DNA of 64,000 bases from Balanoglossus misakiensis. Lineage: Eukaryota > Animalia > Hemichordata. The notes below the pieces were generated by a model that was not told where the DNA came from, did not search any database, and was given only the letters and a program-made list of their open reading frames with translations. The stretch spans positions 12,465,129-12,529,128 of the forward strand of contig CM082576.2 in NCBI GenBank assembly GCA_040954595.2, in the 5' to 3' direction. Positions 12,430-26,900 of this stretch are shown piece by piece; positions within the stretch are counted from its first letter, which is position 1; each line of letters starts with the position of its first letter. Position numbers and translations under genes: made by a program.

Positions 12430-14299
12430 GCTCATGAAGTTGACATGCATCAGCATTCTTCATGAAGCTTTAATGACACTCGCTTTATGACTAGACGTCT
12501 AGACTGTTTTTAGTTGCAGTTTCTTGGTTATTTCACATTCCAAACTCTCTTGCCAGCTTGCAATTTATCAAACACAGCTGTCAAACGGAACGTTTGTGCT
12601 ACTTTGCAGCAATTAAGCCTAGCAGAGGAGACTTTTTGCGATTACGAGATAGTACCCAGTTTGAATCTAATTGTATCTAACTGTTCTGGAGCCTCTGTCC
12701 ATTTTCAATTCTTTCCAGCCAATCAAGAGCCTTTGTGGTTTTTAGTGTGAATACAAACTCTAGAGGGCAGTATACCCTTTGGAGAAATATTTTTATACAT
12801 GTCTTGAGGGAGCCTCATCCAGTTTTCGTTCCTTCCAACTCATACATCCCTGTGTACATAAATATGTGGAGGTGTATGTAATTTTTATATGGAATGAAAA
12901 TATCAAGGCAAGTCGTGCGGGACAAATCTAAAAATGACTAGTATATTCTAACCATTGGTTTTACAGTGGAATTGAACAGAGAAATAAACACCAAGTGCCA
13001 TGAAAAGTCGAAACGTTCTTGTCTTTACAGTTCTGCCTTAATTATCGGAAGAACTTTCCTTATGTTTTTCATCAAATGTCTTTTCTTCAACTTTTTTCCA
13101 TTACACTTGTACTTCAGTGATATATTCTGATCACGAGCACCGAGGGACACTGCATTATGAAATAAAAGCTTGCATTATCCACACCTTGAATTAGAAGCTT
13201 ACTTGTCCTTTTTTTCTTCAAGGAGTGTTTCTCCTGAAAGCCCGAACGGATTTCAGTCTAATATGTTTTGCAACGAAAGTAATTTAATTACCAAGTCTTG
13301 CGTCAACCCACATGCGTGTGATGTTTTGAGGATTTTACGAAAACACTACACGGCTTTCTCGGCCTTCGCCTGTTTTGGAGAGCCATTAGCAATGAATCTT
13401 GCTAAAAGAAATCTGGATTAAACCTACAGGTATACAGCCGTCTCCTAAATTTGCATGTGCTCATTTAAAAAAGGTAAAAGGGGCAGCACTTTCAAGTGTG
13501 ACATCTAAGCGTAGAAAATGCGTGATGGTCCTAATCTCCAGTGTACATATCTGTGGCTATACAATGCAAGTGAATATGTGCCTTGAATTGGCCCTAGAGA
13601 CAGTCACTTCTATGTTTCATATAAAAAACCTATACATTCTCATGAGAATGTAAAATTCAAGAAACCTATATATTTTGAAAATATATATTCAAATTACTGT
13701 TCAAATTTTTGTTAGTTTTACAACTGCTATCAGCTAATCTGTTGGATATTTTTATGGGATGCAAAACAGAATTTTATTACTGAGGCCTTGGATCTGATAT
13801 GTGGTTGTTTCAAGGATAGACAGTTTAAACTACTTGCACACTGCACAGTAAATTCTAAATAAGCCAATAAAGCAGTTACAGCACTTCCCCCAAAGCTGTT
13901 TTGATGAAGACAAATGTACATACTTTTGCATATCCAGGCACCATTATCTAGGGCCTTATGGCAGTTCAGTCAATGGATAACATGTACAGGTAAGTAACCC
14001 TGCAAGTTCTTGCATATATAAAACATTGGGCCAAGGACATTCTCAAGTGTACTCTTTGATGTCAATAGTAACACCGGTAATAATAAAAAATCAATGATCA
14101 CAGTCCCCAACAGTTAACTAACTTTTTCTACTGATTACTTTTTTTTTTAATCATAAATGCAGAAAACTTGTTGCGGTTGTATAGTGGAATTTCACTATTC
14201 TCTGACACTGTTAGATTTTCTTGTCCACAGAATCGTGAATAAAAACGAATAGAAAGCAAATTTGTGCCGTTGGTGGAGACTCAAGCAAGAAACGGAGCG

Positions 14300-14400
14300 A
14301 AACATTACTACGCACTTCGGGCTTGCGAACAGCGCCCCCATCGGTGTCTCTCGTAATTAGTAGTATGATGCATTGTGGGATTTATGGCGGACGTGGAGGG
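14300..14400 (+). promoter_or_regulatory. Putative AFTPH housekeeping promoter
   Basis: CpG-rich patch with a CTCF-like CAGCGCCCCCATCGG (14330-14344), a ZNF143/SBS-like GCATTGTGGGA (14370-14380) and a YY1-like ATGGCGG (14384-14390), just upstream of a strong donor site. Confidence 0.55.
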
Positions 14401-14518
14401 ATAAGTGTTTGTAAATTTTCGCACATTTCGATATTATATGCAGTATTATTTGAATATTGCAAACGCGGTTGAAAACATAAATGAGACACCGGTTCCTAAT
14501 GAGTATAAGCTTCAAGAG
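14384..14518 (+). other. AFTPH: Putative non-coding first exon of AFTPH (5' end approximate)
   Basis: Ends at consensus donor GAG|GTGAGT (14518/14519). The next strong acceptor TTTTAG|G at 16075/16076 lies 17 nt before the AFTPH ATG. Confidence 0.55.
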
Positions 14519-16092
14519 GTGAGTGTAAATTCAAAATTTAGCAAGGCGTACATCGAATAGGAGGGGCAAATTCATTGCTCGATCGCTCAGGGAAACAGTC
14601 AAACCGGCACCTGAGTCTGGGATCGGTTTGACGATAGAGTGTGCATATCTCAACTTTAAAATCATAATATTAACTGTGTATAAGGGTAATAATGATGGAA
14701 GTTACAGCAATTCATATTCCGCGACACTTTGGCGTTTCATGACATCCCTTATCATGGTGCTGGCGCTTACACGTGACCAATATGATGAAATGTACTACAT
14801 GTGTAGTGTGTGTTAGTTAAATCGTCGGTCGAAACAATTTCATGCATATTTTGGCATGGATTGACCGAGGTAGATTCCCTATTAACTTTTAGATTGGGGT
14901 TAGAGGAATTCAAGACCCTTCGTCCGTATTCGTGCATGACAATGATATGTCAACAGACAACACCCACCTTTTCATTCTGAGATACCTGGAACTGGAAGAG
15001 TTTTTAACATTTATTTCCTGTATAAGTTATAACAGCTGTTCAGTCGCTCTTTCATTCCATCCAAATTATTCTGCTCTTAGTCTTAGCCATTTGTTTTGAG
15101 AATTGTGTGTATTTAATTTTTCACTTCTTGATAGTAATTCATTTCTGGGTGCAGAATGATAACGTTGCTACTACTGGCCGTCAGCAATGGAAAGATAATC
15201 AGATGCTGCCTATCTTGTCCTTTAATAATTGATGAAAAAGCCTTTTGAATGCTCCTATATGATGGCATTGTCAATCTTACAATTAGATCAGCTGCATAAG
15301 AATGCATCATTATGCCACAGTCATTCTGTTGATTGTGAATACACAATGCTGACTCAAAAATTTGTGTGTCAACAGTTGATGTCTGAACATGATTTTGATC
15401 CCTGAACTAGAAACAGACACAGAAATGTTTTTGCATTTTGCATGGATAGCTTACAACCAACGAATAAGAATTCTATGCAGTGGTATCATAAGAGAAATCT
15501 TGACAGCCAAGGTGACTTATCCGTGACGTGATATATTGAAAGGATTGATTGCTTTGAGCTAGTAGCTATTTGGTTTAAAAGACTAAAAGGCGCCTGTAGC
15601 AGTTTTGCCATCATTTGTGTTTTAATGAAATTGCTATATCATGGAGAATAAATTTACTTATAAATCTAACGTGAAGCCCAGTTTTTGAACTGAAATTTAA
15701 CGGTGCCAGTTTAATATTATGTATTTAGAAAAGTGTGTGGAGATATGGATATATATGTTGAATGGTTCATTTTTTCTACAGTATTTGAAATGAACAAATA
15801 CAATATGCGATTTATTTGCATTTGATAAAATTTGCCATAAAATATGTGTGCACGTGTACAAACACGAGTGCATAAACGTTTCCTTTTGCCAGGTGTTTTC
15901 AAAAGGAAGCATTTTTGGGGAAAAGTGTAATAGCTCTGTTTTTAAAGAGAGAGATAATTTAATTTGGTGTACATGAATATTGTATTATTCAATTGGTACA
16001 CATGTACAAATGTATTGTATGATATTTTGTGAACTGGATCAAATTCAAACCACTTTATGAATCATTTTATTTTAGGTGTGAGAGTGTGAACC

Positions 16093-17904
16093 ATGGAATC
16101 TGAAACCAAGAATATCATTCCCATGCTGTCGTCATCCCCACCACCCATGGATGGACCCACATTTGATGACGATGACGACGACGGCTTCGGCAACTTCACC
16201 ACTGCTGGCTTTGCAGACGTTGAGTCACCCCTGAGTGACACGCACTATGCACCCACTGAGAACGACGGCTGCGATTTTTTCCAAACGGCCCCACCCGGTG
16301 TTGAACACGGCACGAGTCATAACGACTTCGCAGACTTTCAGACGTCGTCAGACTTTGCCGATTTCACGAATGCAAATACTAAATCGTCTACGGATTTTCT
16401 GCCGGATTTCAACAGCAAACCCAGTAATTTACAGAACAGAAAGAGCAGCAGTATTGACAGCAATGAATCGGCGGAGAAAGACAAAAGTACAGACGAGTCT
16501 AGATCGGCCAGCCAGATGAGCACCGACCCCGATTTTAGCTCGGACAGAAAGACATTCAACTCGGACAGCAACTCGTTTTCCAGCCCCGATACGCTGTCGC
16601 TGCAGAGCCCATCGGAGAGCGTTCCTGCAGTGGGCGTAAAGAGACAAGACGAGGGACCCGTCTCCCCCGACGACAATCTCAGTATCGATCGGGACGATGA
16701 CTTTGGCGATTTCAGAACTAATGAGAACACGCCACAGGAGGAGGAGGAAGAAGACCAACAAGCAGCCCGTGATGTGGCTGAGGATGAAACAAATGCCGGG
16801 GAAATAGTTGAGAAATCGAACAGAAACAATGAATCAAAGTCAGTGGACCGTGACGGCCCAAATGACTTTCCCAGTGACAGTATGGGAGATTATACCTCAG
16901 GGATGACTTCTCATCAGGACTCCAGTAAGTGTGGTTCATTCCAGTCACTGTCGTCAGACACGCAAGACAGAAACGATTCTGATCGTGAGCCGGAGATTGA
17001 AATCAGTACTGGTGATCGCGCCAGTGCAAGCCCCGAAGTAGAAGCGGATTTGCAGGAGTCTGGTTGCAGTGACAATCAAAGCACAAACAATGAGAACTTG
17101 GATGATGATGATGATGATGATCTAAACTTTGGTAAATTCCACGAACAGCCCCCTGTGGATGATACGGGGGCTGTGAGTGACGCGGGCGATGCGCCTGACC
17201 TCGTTTTCAGAGATCCCGTACCGAATGACTACGGTTTCAGCGCGTTCTCTGAGCCGTACGACTTTCCTGACACCGCGTCTCGCGACAGCGATTCTGACAA
17301 ATACAAAGAGTCGGCGGAGACCAGCGATGCGAAGTCAGACAGCCAGGAGGAGGATCAGTTTGGTGCAATCAGTGGAACGGGAACGATGGATGGAAAGGGA
17401 AGTGAGGGCGTGAAGGAATTGCCAGGACAGGAGGGTGGCGACGACTTGTCCGGTGATGCCACCAAAGTCGAAAATGACGGTAACGATGACGAATTTGGTG
17501 ACTTTGGGGCGTTTGAGAAACCCCCAAGCAACAATGCTAATGGTGACGATGATGATGACTTTGGTGACTTTGGGACGTTTGAGAAAACGCCAAACAACGC
17601 CAGTGATGACTTCGGCGCATTCCAGGAAACGTCGGACAAAGAAGGCGACTTTGGCGAGTTCAGCGACTCGGCCAAGACGGGCGGTTTTGCTGATTTCAAA
17701 CAATCGCAGGACGCCCAAAGCACAACTGATGACTTTGGCGCTTTCAGTGATTCCAAAGCAGGCGGCAGAGATGACACTTTCAGTTCTTTCCAAGAGACGG
17801 CACCCGTCGAATCAGACAAATTTGGTGATTTCAGCAGAAAGGACTCGGGATTTGGTCAGTTCCCATCACCATCCCCATCAGCTTCAACCACTAAAACTCA
17901 TCAG
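16093..17904 (+). CDS. AFTPH: AFTPH coding exon 1 (604 codons; acidic, disordered, FGxF-motif rich)
   Basis: Long ORF; acceptor at 16075/16076; donor CAG|GTATGT at 17904, phase 0. Confidence 0.93.
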
Positions 17905-20900
17905 GTATGTATCTGAATCAATTGTATGCACAAGGTAGATTTAAGAAACCTACTTCTCAAACCAGCCATGCATTCACTCGTTTTCACATTACTGCAGTAA
18001 CCGTTGACCCCCATAAAATCCCTGCTTAACACACCATATAACTAAGAGTACATTTAGTAGTGAGGATTTTTAGCACTGTAGATTTATTAATTTTTACTGT
18101 ACATATATAATCATACATATGATTTCCCAGTGTCTAATATGACCTCTTCCAAAAACATCTACAAAGGCGTAGCCAAAAGACTGCACTATCTTTTCCCTTT
18201 GACATCAGTGATATCTGTCAAATTAAATGTGGCCCATGAAGAGACACTAGGATTCCATGCATACCTGGGTCACTAATACTAGCAACATTCCGGAATTATA
18301 TATACTGCAGGTTGTTACCTGTTTTTTTCAGGTTCCACAGTTTACACACAAAAAACCTGGCAGGCTCACCAAACTGGTAAATCTAGCATACATGTACAAA
18401 ATCTTCAGTTGATCTCGCTCCAGTCCAGTTAATTTTTCAACAAATTTTATTGTTAATAGTCTTGAATATTATAAATTTGCAAGTTTTCCCTAGCCAGCAC
18501 GCTCCTGTAATTGAATGTTATATCTCACACAATGAAATTGTCCATGTCAGTTTTGCTGGTGCCTTCAAATACTGAAATGTATGCTCCAGAGACTGTGAAA
18601 TCCGAGATGATGTGATTTTGAGAAATGCCCTGGAGCCCCATCTTAGCTTAGTTTTTTTTTTCCCAAATGCTTTTATCTACTTTGTGTCCATCACACTGTA
18701 CATGTATAGAGTGAAATTACCTACAGACCCCTGGGTATCAAACATAGTCTGCTAGTCAATAGATCTGTAAGTTTCTGTCAAAATAATGTTCCATGTTTAT
18801 TTGAACAGACATCTCGTGAGGGGATTCACAAGAGATTGAAATAAAAAATATATTTAAATCACATTCTATAACAAGTTTATAGCTACATGTACATGTAAAT
18901 CACATTAGAGAAGGTGACCTAAATGTTGTGCATAACATACCAGATATTCACTAACAACTTGGACATGACAGATTGCTAGTTGTATGTTCATCATGTATAA
19001 TAATTTAATATATTCATGTATGGACGTCTTTGATCATATTAGCATACATGTAGTTTGTAACATACACATGTACATGTTAGACATACATTTGTATTGTATG
19101 CATGCATATGTACGTTCTGAAGTAACAGATGTTTGAAGAGCAACATATTGTCTGTTCTATATTCTGTATTATAGTTGAGTGGGTAATTTTGAAATGTGTT
19201 GGCTGGTGTTGAGAGTGTTTGTAGCATTTCATCGATGCATCAAGAACTGTGGGTGATGATTACTACATGCATATTATAGGAAACTAGTCTTGAAGTGTGA
19301 TGCATGCAGCATTACTAAATGTACATTTCTTCTCCCATTCTCTGCAGCCATTTGCAGCAAACAAGATACAGCGGGTGTTTGCCATGTGTTTCCCAGAAGT
19401 TAATAACAGTGCAATAGCTCCAGACCTCGTCATCGAATTACTCATCGACTGCGTGGGCAAAGTTAAGGAGAAGAAGAATGATGCTGGCGTGAGCTCCAAA
19501 TCAAATCGGCATAAAAGTGTGAAAAAGTGAGTTTTGTTTTGGTGAAGTAATAACGGTCGGCTGCCTTGTGATTGTCCTCTGTCTTCGTTTGTATTGATTT
19601 GCGAGTGTCTGTTGTAAACAAAAAAATAGAAAAATGCAACCAGCTTCATTAGAGCAAAATGTCTGTAAACAGGGATGAAATATTACCATGGGATAAAAGA
19701 TAGTCTCTCAAGGTAATATTTAACAGGGCATATGCCATGTACATTGTGGTGCCGGCTCATACATTATTTCAAAGCAGTCGCATCTTGATTGCACACAGGC
19801 AGTAATCATCTTCATGTAATGATGCATTCTTCGAACTGATCACATAATGGTCTATGGTTTGAATTGAGCGTTAATTTCACAGAAGATCAGAGGCAGTGAG
19901 TGTTGCCCTGAACTACCAAATCATTGTGATCCACAGTGGGTACCAGATAAAAAATGAATTGTGTGTTATGAATGATCATGATACACTCAGAATGGTGATT
20001 AAAATGTAGCTGTCATTAGATTTATAAATTAAGGATAATATCAGACACAAGAACTGCCATGCTTTAGTCTTCACAATATGCGTCACCTAACCAATCTCTG
20101 TAGCATCATGTAGCAAGCATAAGCAACAAACACTGATGTACTTTTTCTTAAACCTTTAACAACAGGGAGGAACAAGATTTGAATGTCTGGAACAATTTGA
20201 AAGATGTGGACACAACCAATGCACTGACATATCAATGGGGTGGTTCATCCAATGACAAAACCATGCTGAAATCTCTGGGCATTGACACCAGAAATATTGT
20301 AAGTATCCCTGTGTCATGGCTCAGGCATCTCAATGCCATCGACACAATTCAGTAAATGTTTACAACTTACAGGGTAGAAACGAACCTAATAGCGATTATG
20401 TAGCTGTACTCTATCATCAGAAGCTTCACCCATTGCCGTTTTTGTGACATGTTCCTACTTTTAATACGTAAATAACAAAGACGTGCTGAATTCAGGGTTG
20501 AAGTATGTGAAGTGAGCCCTCTACAGGCCAAAGTGACATCATTTCAAGCTGTGTGATGAATGTGCCAAGGTTATTGATGGCTGGTATAACCATGCTTTTT
20601 CCTATAATTTAAAACTGATATCGAATAAAACATGGAAGTTGAAACTAAATATATTACGCCCAGAGAGATTCATTTTTATGTGAAATACGGCGGGCATTCA
20701 TTTGCTTACCCTAGTTTCTTTTATTTTTTCTTCGCGCAGTTGATGGCTAAGAAGCCATCCTCCAGCGTCCCGATATTTGCCGCCAATTTGACCATGTTGC
20801 AACCCAGCAAAGTCGGGGAGAAAGTGGAGAGGCCGGAGAAGGAGGAGGCCCGGGAAGAAGGTGGCAAGGACCTCACGTCTCAGGTATGTGTAACTCCTTC

Positions 20901-23900
20901 AGCATGCCTCCGTTTGTGCGGGAATGGGTCAATATCCTGTTCGACGTGTTACTTTGTTTCTGGGACTTTCTTGGACAGACTGTTCTCAAACCCCCCACGG
21001 TATTGCCATAAGGTGTCATTGACATTCTGAGGGTGACGTATCTAGATAACTGAGAAAAAAAAATCTGGTACTCAGTTAAACATGACCTACATTTAGAGTC
21101 CCGCCTTCTGAAGTTCAGTTGCCTTGAGTCAGCTGAAGGCTGGCGGCCTATCACGTTGCAGCCATCAATCAGGGCTGGTGTGGTCGTCGTGTGGCAGATC
21201 TTTGTGCTGCACGTATCACAAGCTACAATGAGTCATCCTCTTTCAGTTTCACCCCCTTTGCCCGGCCACAGCTGCTGGCTCACACCTCTTCAGCTGTTTC
21301 TGACTAACCTGTGTTTTCACTAAAGCAAAAACTCAATAACCGAAGCTTTCTTGGCTTTTTTTTCTCTGAAAGTGCACTTGCGCAAATAAGTCAAAAAAAT
21401 TCTACTAACAGAAAATGCCTGAATGATCAACTTACTTCTAATGTCTCACGTGTGTGATTATGTGTTTGATTGATTTTTGGGAAAATGAATCGTTGTAATT
21501 TGTACAAACATTCTCAGTTGCCACATACTGCAGTATTTTTGTATTGCACATACTTCAGTGTTAAATGTTCAGTGTATACTGTGTGCTCACCTTTGTGGGG
21601 GATATATTAATCCACCCTTCATGTCATATGATCACTAGTTTATCTTTTCCACTTATTTTATCATGGGGTTTAATACTAGGTGTACTTTGGTCTTCACCCA
21701 TACGTGTCATTATCAACTCCTCAAATCAACTTTTCCCCGAAACTTGGAACTCAAATTTCGTAAACACAATCACCAGGTGTTCTTGTGCATGTTTCATAGT
21801 TTCCAAGTACTTGTTTTCTTGTCTTCGAACCATGTCTTCATTGTCAGCCTTTCGTTCTGAATGCACTTCAAAAAACGTTGTAGCATCTTTCCGTTGTAGA
21901 GAAAAAAAGACAGGGTTTCTTGTAAATAACCTCACCCACCTCATGTCTAATCAAGTGTTAGGCTGACACAGGTGTGACCAAGTGTGTGTTTTTTAATATT
22001 TAAAACTTAAAAAAAATGAATTGCGAAATGTTTAATATTGCCTGATAAATGTGAAAAAAAAAACAATTATAGCATTTTGTACTGATACTGTTCATTGTAT
22101 TCCATATATTGTCACATGTGCCATTTTTTGTGTATTCAGAGTTTCGATCTGTGCCTAGGTCACAGAGTCTTTGCCAGGGCCCTAAACATGATGAAGATGA
22201 CAATCTTTGGAGATAATTTCAGGGTGTGTCCATATTAAACTTTGCCTACTCCCGGGCCAAAACAATCAAACGCCACCTTCCAAATTCTGACTAAATTAAA
22301 ATAACAATGGTCAAGATAACCACATATGCTATCCACTGATGCTGATATGTGTAGTGTTTCAGTGGCAACAGCCAGTCTTCATGATTGTCTTTCCAAATCC
22401 TGCAGACTACATCTAATACCTTGCCGTACTTGTGTTTTCCCTCTGCAATCTGATCTACGGTACTCGTAAATTTCCCAGATAAATGGACATTTCAGCCTAC
22501 AATTCAAATTTTAGTGGTCCAACAGAGATGAGCAGTAATTTAACTCTGAAATTTCAGTGGAAATTAGGAACATTCTTCTTTTGACATTAAGCAAGGTACA
22601 CACCCCCTAATAAAACATCCAGGGGTTTAGTCGAGACCCTTAATAAGCCAAGTACTCAGTCGTAGCGTTTTATGCCATTAAGGTCATCTGTATAGTAGAC
22701 GTCTTCCAAGCATCAAAAATCACATATTAATTATTTTTTTTAAAAAAAATAGTTTTAATTATGGTCCTTGTGAATTCGTATAATTCTCAAAAGCCAAACA
22801 GTCTTCCGTGATTACCTTAAGGTTGCATTTTACCTTTAATACAAAAAACGAGTTATTAACTGCAGAAAGCCAGGGACCATTCCAAAGCAAATTGCTCCAA
22901 CCTTTAAGCCCTATGAATGATACATTATTTAAAAAGAAATGTCGCTTATTGCCCTGGCTCAGGTTTCCCTTGACATTAACCAGATACAAGGTATCCGATG
23001 GTATCAGATACAGAATTGATGTTTTACATTATTAAGCCTGGCATGGCCAAGCCAGACTGTTTTCTTAGTTTTAATGTAATTGCATTGTGCATTGAAATTA
23101 TAATGAATCATTACAGGCTGATTTTCAAACCACATTGATTATAACCTTTTTTGCTAGTATTGTATTACTGAGTATAAAAATGTCAAACTCATAAGATTGG
23201 CAAAAACAAAATTTTCCTGGAAGAAAATTAGCTTGATAGAGATCATTCTTCAACGTATGTCTGTGAAGTGTGTGGAATCAGTGTACAGTATGGACAAAAT
23301 TCACTATATGTTATAGGGTGACCGTTTGACTTGACCGTTTTTGTCTTAAAAATCAATGGGTCTCTTTGGCTGTTTGTGTATGCTCAATCTGGCCATAGAG
23401 GGCGTTGTTTCAATGAGATATTACACTGCAAGTCGTTGAATGTTTGTATAATTTAGAGCAATATTCGAGAAAAAAAATTGTGGTTCTCCTCACTGTTTGA
23501 TAATTTAGAAGAATTGATGTTGAAGGGAGATGCATTGTAAGTAAGTATTTATCCAAAACTTTTATTACAAATAATGTAATGGAAAGAAAATACAGAAAAG
23601 AGCAGTTGTAATGAAAAGAAAATACGGAAAAGGGGATTTTTTTACTGTGTGTACCAATATTGATTAATAGCAGAAATAGAATAAGATGGAATAATTCAAA
23701 TTCTCATGGGAACATTCCTAAATTTTTTTTAATAAAAATTGTTTATTCTTATTATTTTCTCCTACTTGATGAAATAAAACCTCATGATTTAGCGCATAAG
23801 AATTTGTTTGAAATAGACAAACTAGTCAGAAGACGCATTATTTCTGTCCGGGATTGGATAGCAAATGAGTCTGGGTAACAAATGTATTCTTAATATATTA

Positions 23901-26900
23901 ATTTTACTTTGAGGTGTTATTTCCCGAATCTGAGGAAAATGACCAAAAAATATGATGGTAGCGATTTGATTATGTTTGAAGGTATCTCATGATTCTGTTT
24001 CATAGGATGAATATTTGTCGATTTCATGATGATGAAATGATAAAATAAAGTAAAGTGAGGGCAGTGTTCTCATTGTCCAGTAACCTAATTTTCAGTGGAG
24101 AAACAGTGAACATGTAGGTCTTCATGTGAGACAAAAGAGACAAGTATATGGATAAAAAGTGTCCTGTTGAGCTTGAACCCTGTAAACTAGAAGTGATTGT
24201 GCGTGTCGTTTGTGTGATCAAATTTTGTGTTAAATAAAATCTGGAACGTCCCATCACAAACTGCATTTTCGTTGTCACGAATCCCACCATCCATTTCAAC
24301 GTTCAAAATACCATGTCATAGCTACCCAGCTATTTATCACCTGTTGATTATGATTGAACATATCAAAAGCAGGAACTCATTTTCAGCGTGGAGTATTTCT
24401 CAATACAAAAGTGTACATTCTCGGAATCAAGTGTGAATGTGTCAAGGTTTTTCTGTTTCATTTCGTGTCGGACACGAGTCGTTTCTACCCGACACAACTA
24501 TTCTGCCCCCCAAAATGCTGAGTGGGCCGACAGCCGCCTGGGGGTGTGGCAGAATCGTTTTATGTCCTCTCTCTGTCTACGTGAGCTTTTGTCTGACAAC
24601 AAAATGATGTCATAGTCATGCACTGTGTGAACTACATTTGTGGAAAAAAATTTCATTTATGTCATTAAAATTTGTGCTTTTTAATTAATTCACACACCTA
24701 CATATTATCCCGAATTAATTTACTCCCATATAAAATGATCTAATTAGAAATGTAGTTTTAGAAAGAAATCTTTTGTTTCTTTCAGACCACAGAATGAATT
24801 ATTTCCGCTCTGATACAAAAGTAACAAAATGCCAGTGAATTCTGTTCGGCTCACAGTATAAGCGACAAGCTTTGTGGTGAAAATAATCTTATTTCATATT
24901 TGTGAAATCTGCATTTGTGTAAAAGCAAGAGGTGCATGCATGCAGCGTCTAGCTGTGTAACTCAGACTTTGTTCCTTGTTTTATATTTAAACGTAGGAAG
25001 CTTTACCCCAAGTGGAGTTCGATTGGAGCAGCAGTGGCCTCATAAACCCGTTAGATGGTAAGCCCTATGTGCAATAATCATTCTGTCACTCTTTTATAAA
25101 TTATACCATTGCCTCATTAAAACCCACTGGGTCAGGTAGAAATTGACCCACCATGGTGCCGTACCCTTGAAATCAAGTGTGCATTTCTGAGAAAGTGACT
25201 GGGTGATTTGGAGGGGAGGGTGGGGGGATTCATGTTGTGTAGATTATATTTGTTCGTGCCCGAACGCACGCCATACTGTATACTTTCATTATTTGGGCGC
25301 CGAGATAATGAAGATTTAAATCTAGAAATTGTCTCGCTCATTTTTGTCTCATTTGCAACATTTCCGTCTTCCTTGAAAAGGCAGAGAATACAGTTCTCGC
25401 ATAGCTGTCATTAATTAATGCCATTTTCTTGTTGCTGTATAAACACACGAGACATTCAAAGCATAGTCTTAGACTGTCCATTACATCGATGTGTTATCTT
25501 TCTCCATTGAGGGACAAAATCGCTCTCTTTTGAAGTTTTTTTCTTTTTTAAATTATCAAAACCAATGCCATCTTGTTTGGAATCATTGAATGTGCAAAGG
25601 CCGACTCCGAACGCCGTTGTCAGTACGTGTCCGGGTGAACGTCGCAAATTATCTCCTAGCATCTCCGCGGTTCAAGGCGTGTCAGGCCATCATCAGTCTT
25701 TTGAAACGGTTGCTGTGGCAACAGCCAACCAACTGGCAACATCACTGTCAGAGAGGCTAGGTGCTCTCTCGTTGCATTCCAGAGAAAGCCACATCAAAGA
25801 ATATGCCACATACATACGATTATGAACCTTTTGGATCGGTCTGTAGTTTGCATTTTATTCGCCACTGCTTGCGTGAAATCATCGCTCAGTGTTTGAATGT
25901 TACCATGCGATCAAATTCTCTGTAAATCTCAGTTGTGAGCGGCATAAATTTAGGTCATACTATGCTAATGTTCATCTGCCATGTCTACAAACAAGCTTTG
26001 AAGTAAATACCAACACATCATATTCGCAAAAGATAAGAAGCATTTCGCATTAGACAACAAAAGTATAAAATCTTTAAAAGATAGCGACCTTGTCCCTCAC
26101 AGGCTATCACTTACAATAAAAACCCAGCCAATTTCTTGCAGACTTCATAGTTGTAGAACCACGCTTCCTAGGATCTTCTCCCTCAAATCTTCATTAACAC
26201 ATCATCTATATATTTCTCTTCACCTCATCTTTGTAACTGTATACCGCAGCCAACAGTCTAAATTTGGACTTCTTTGTGACTGAAACTTCTTCCACCAAAA
26301 AGACTAACACCAAGAGCAAGTCAGGTAATTTTTTTCCCCGTTTATATATTCATCGCTTGCCTGCTAGTCTATTTCCTTCTTCCTTTTAGTTTACTGCTGT
26401 GTTTTTAAGGGTTTTTCTCCAAGAGAAATAGCATTTCCTGAATATTGGCAGTGTAAAATATATAGTTGTGTTTAGTTCCTGGGTGTAAATTATCATGCAT
26501 TAGAGCCAGTAGTTGAATTAAGGTACATTTTGATATTTTGTGTTGTATACATGTTTGTTCAACGTTGCCGTTTGAACGTTGCTATGCTGAACCTTACAAG
26601 CCCACTTTTCTGTGAAGAGTTCCAACCTCGATAATTCGAAGAAAAAAATCAGTTTAGATCAACATTGCGGCGAAAGGGGGCGTAGAAGTAGAACTGTACT
26701 TTTAAATCTAGAAAGTGTTCAGCTGTTATCATACTGTGTCATTATCAGTAAAATGATCATTCCAGACTTCAGCTGACTAAGGCTCTCTGTCCTAATGTCG
26801 AAAGATTCTGGGATCAAAGTTCACTTTTCAGCGTTCTGAGGGGTTATTAATATCAAGACAAACAGACTTTTCGTGACACATATGCTTATTCGGGAACATT

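Noticed and set aside
16235-17938. Several 90-170 aa overlapping ORFs in AFTPH exon 1
   Set aside because: Off-frame or antisense by-products of a low-complexity acidic coding exon.
21240-21420. Possible alternative AFTPH exon near CCACAG| and CTGACTAAC branch-like words
   Set aside because: In-frame stop after 11 codons and no matching donor; insufficient support.
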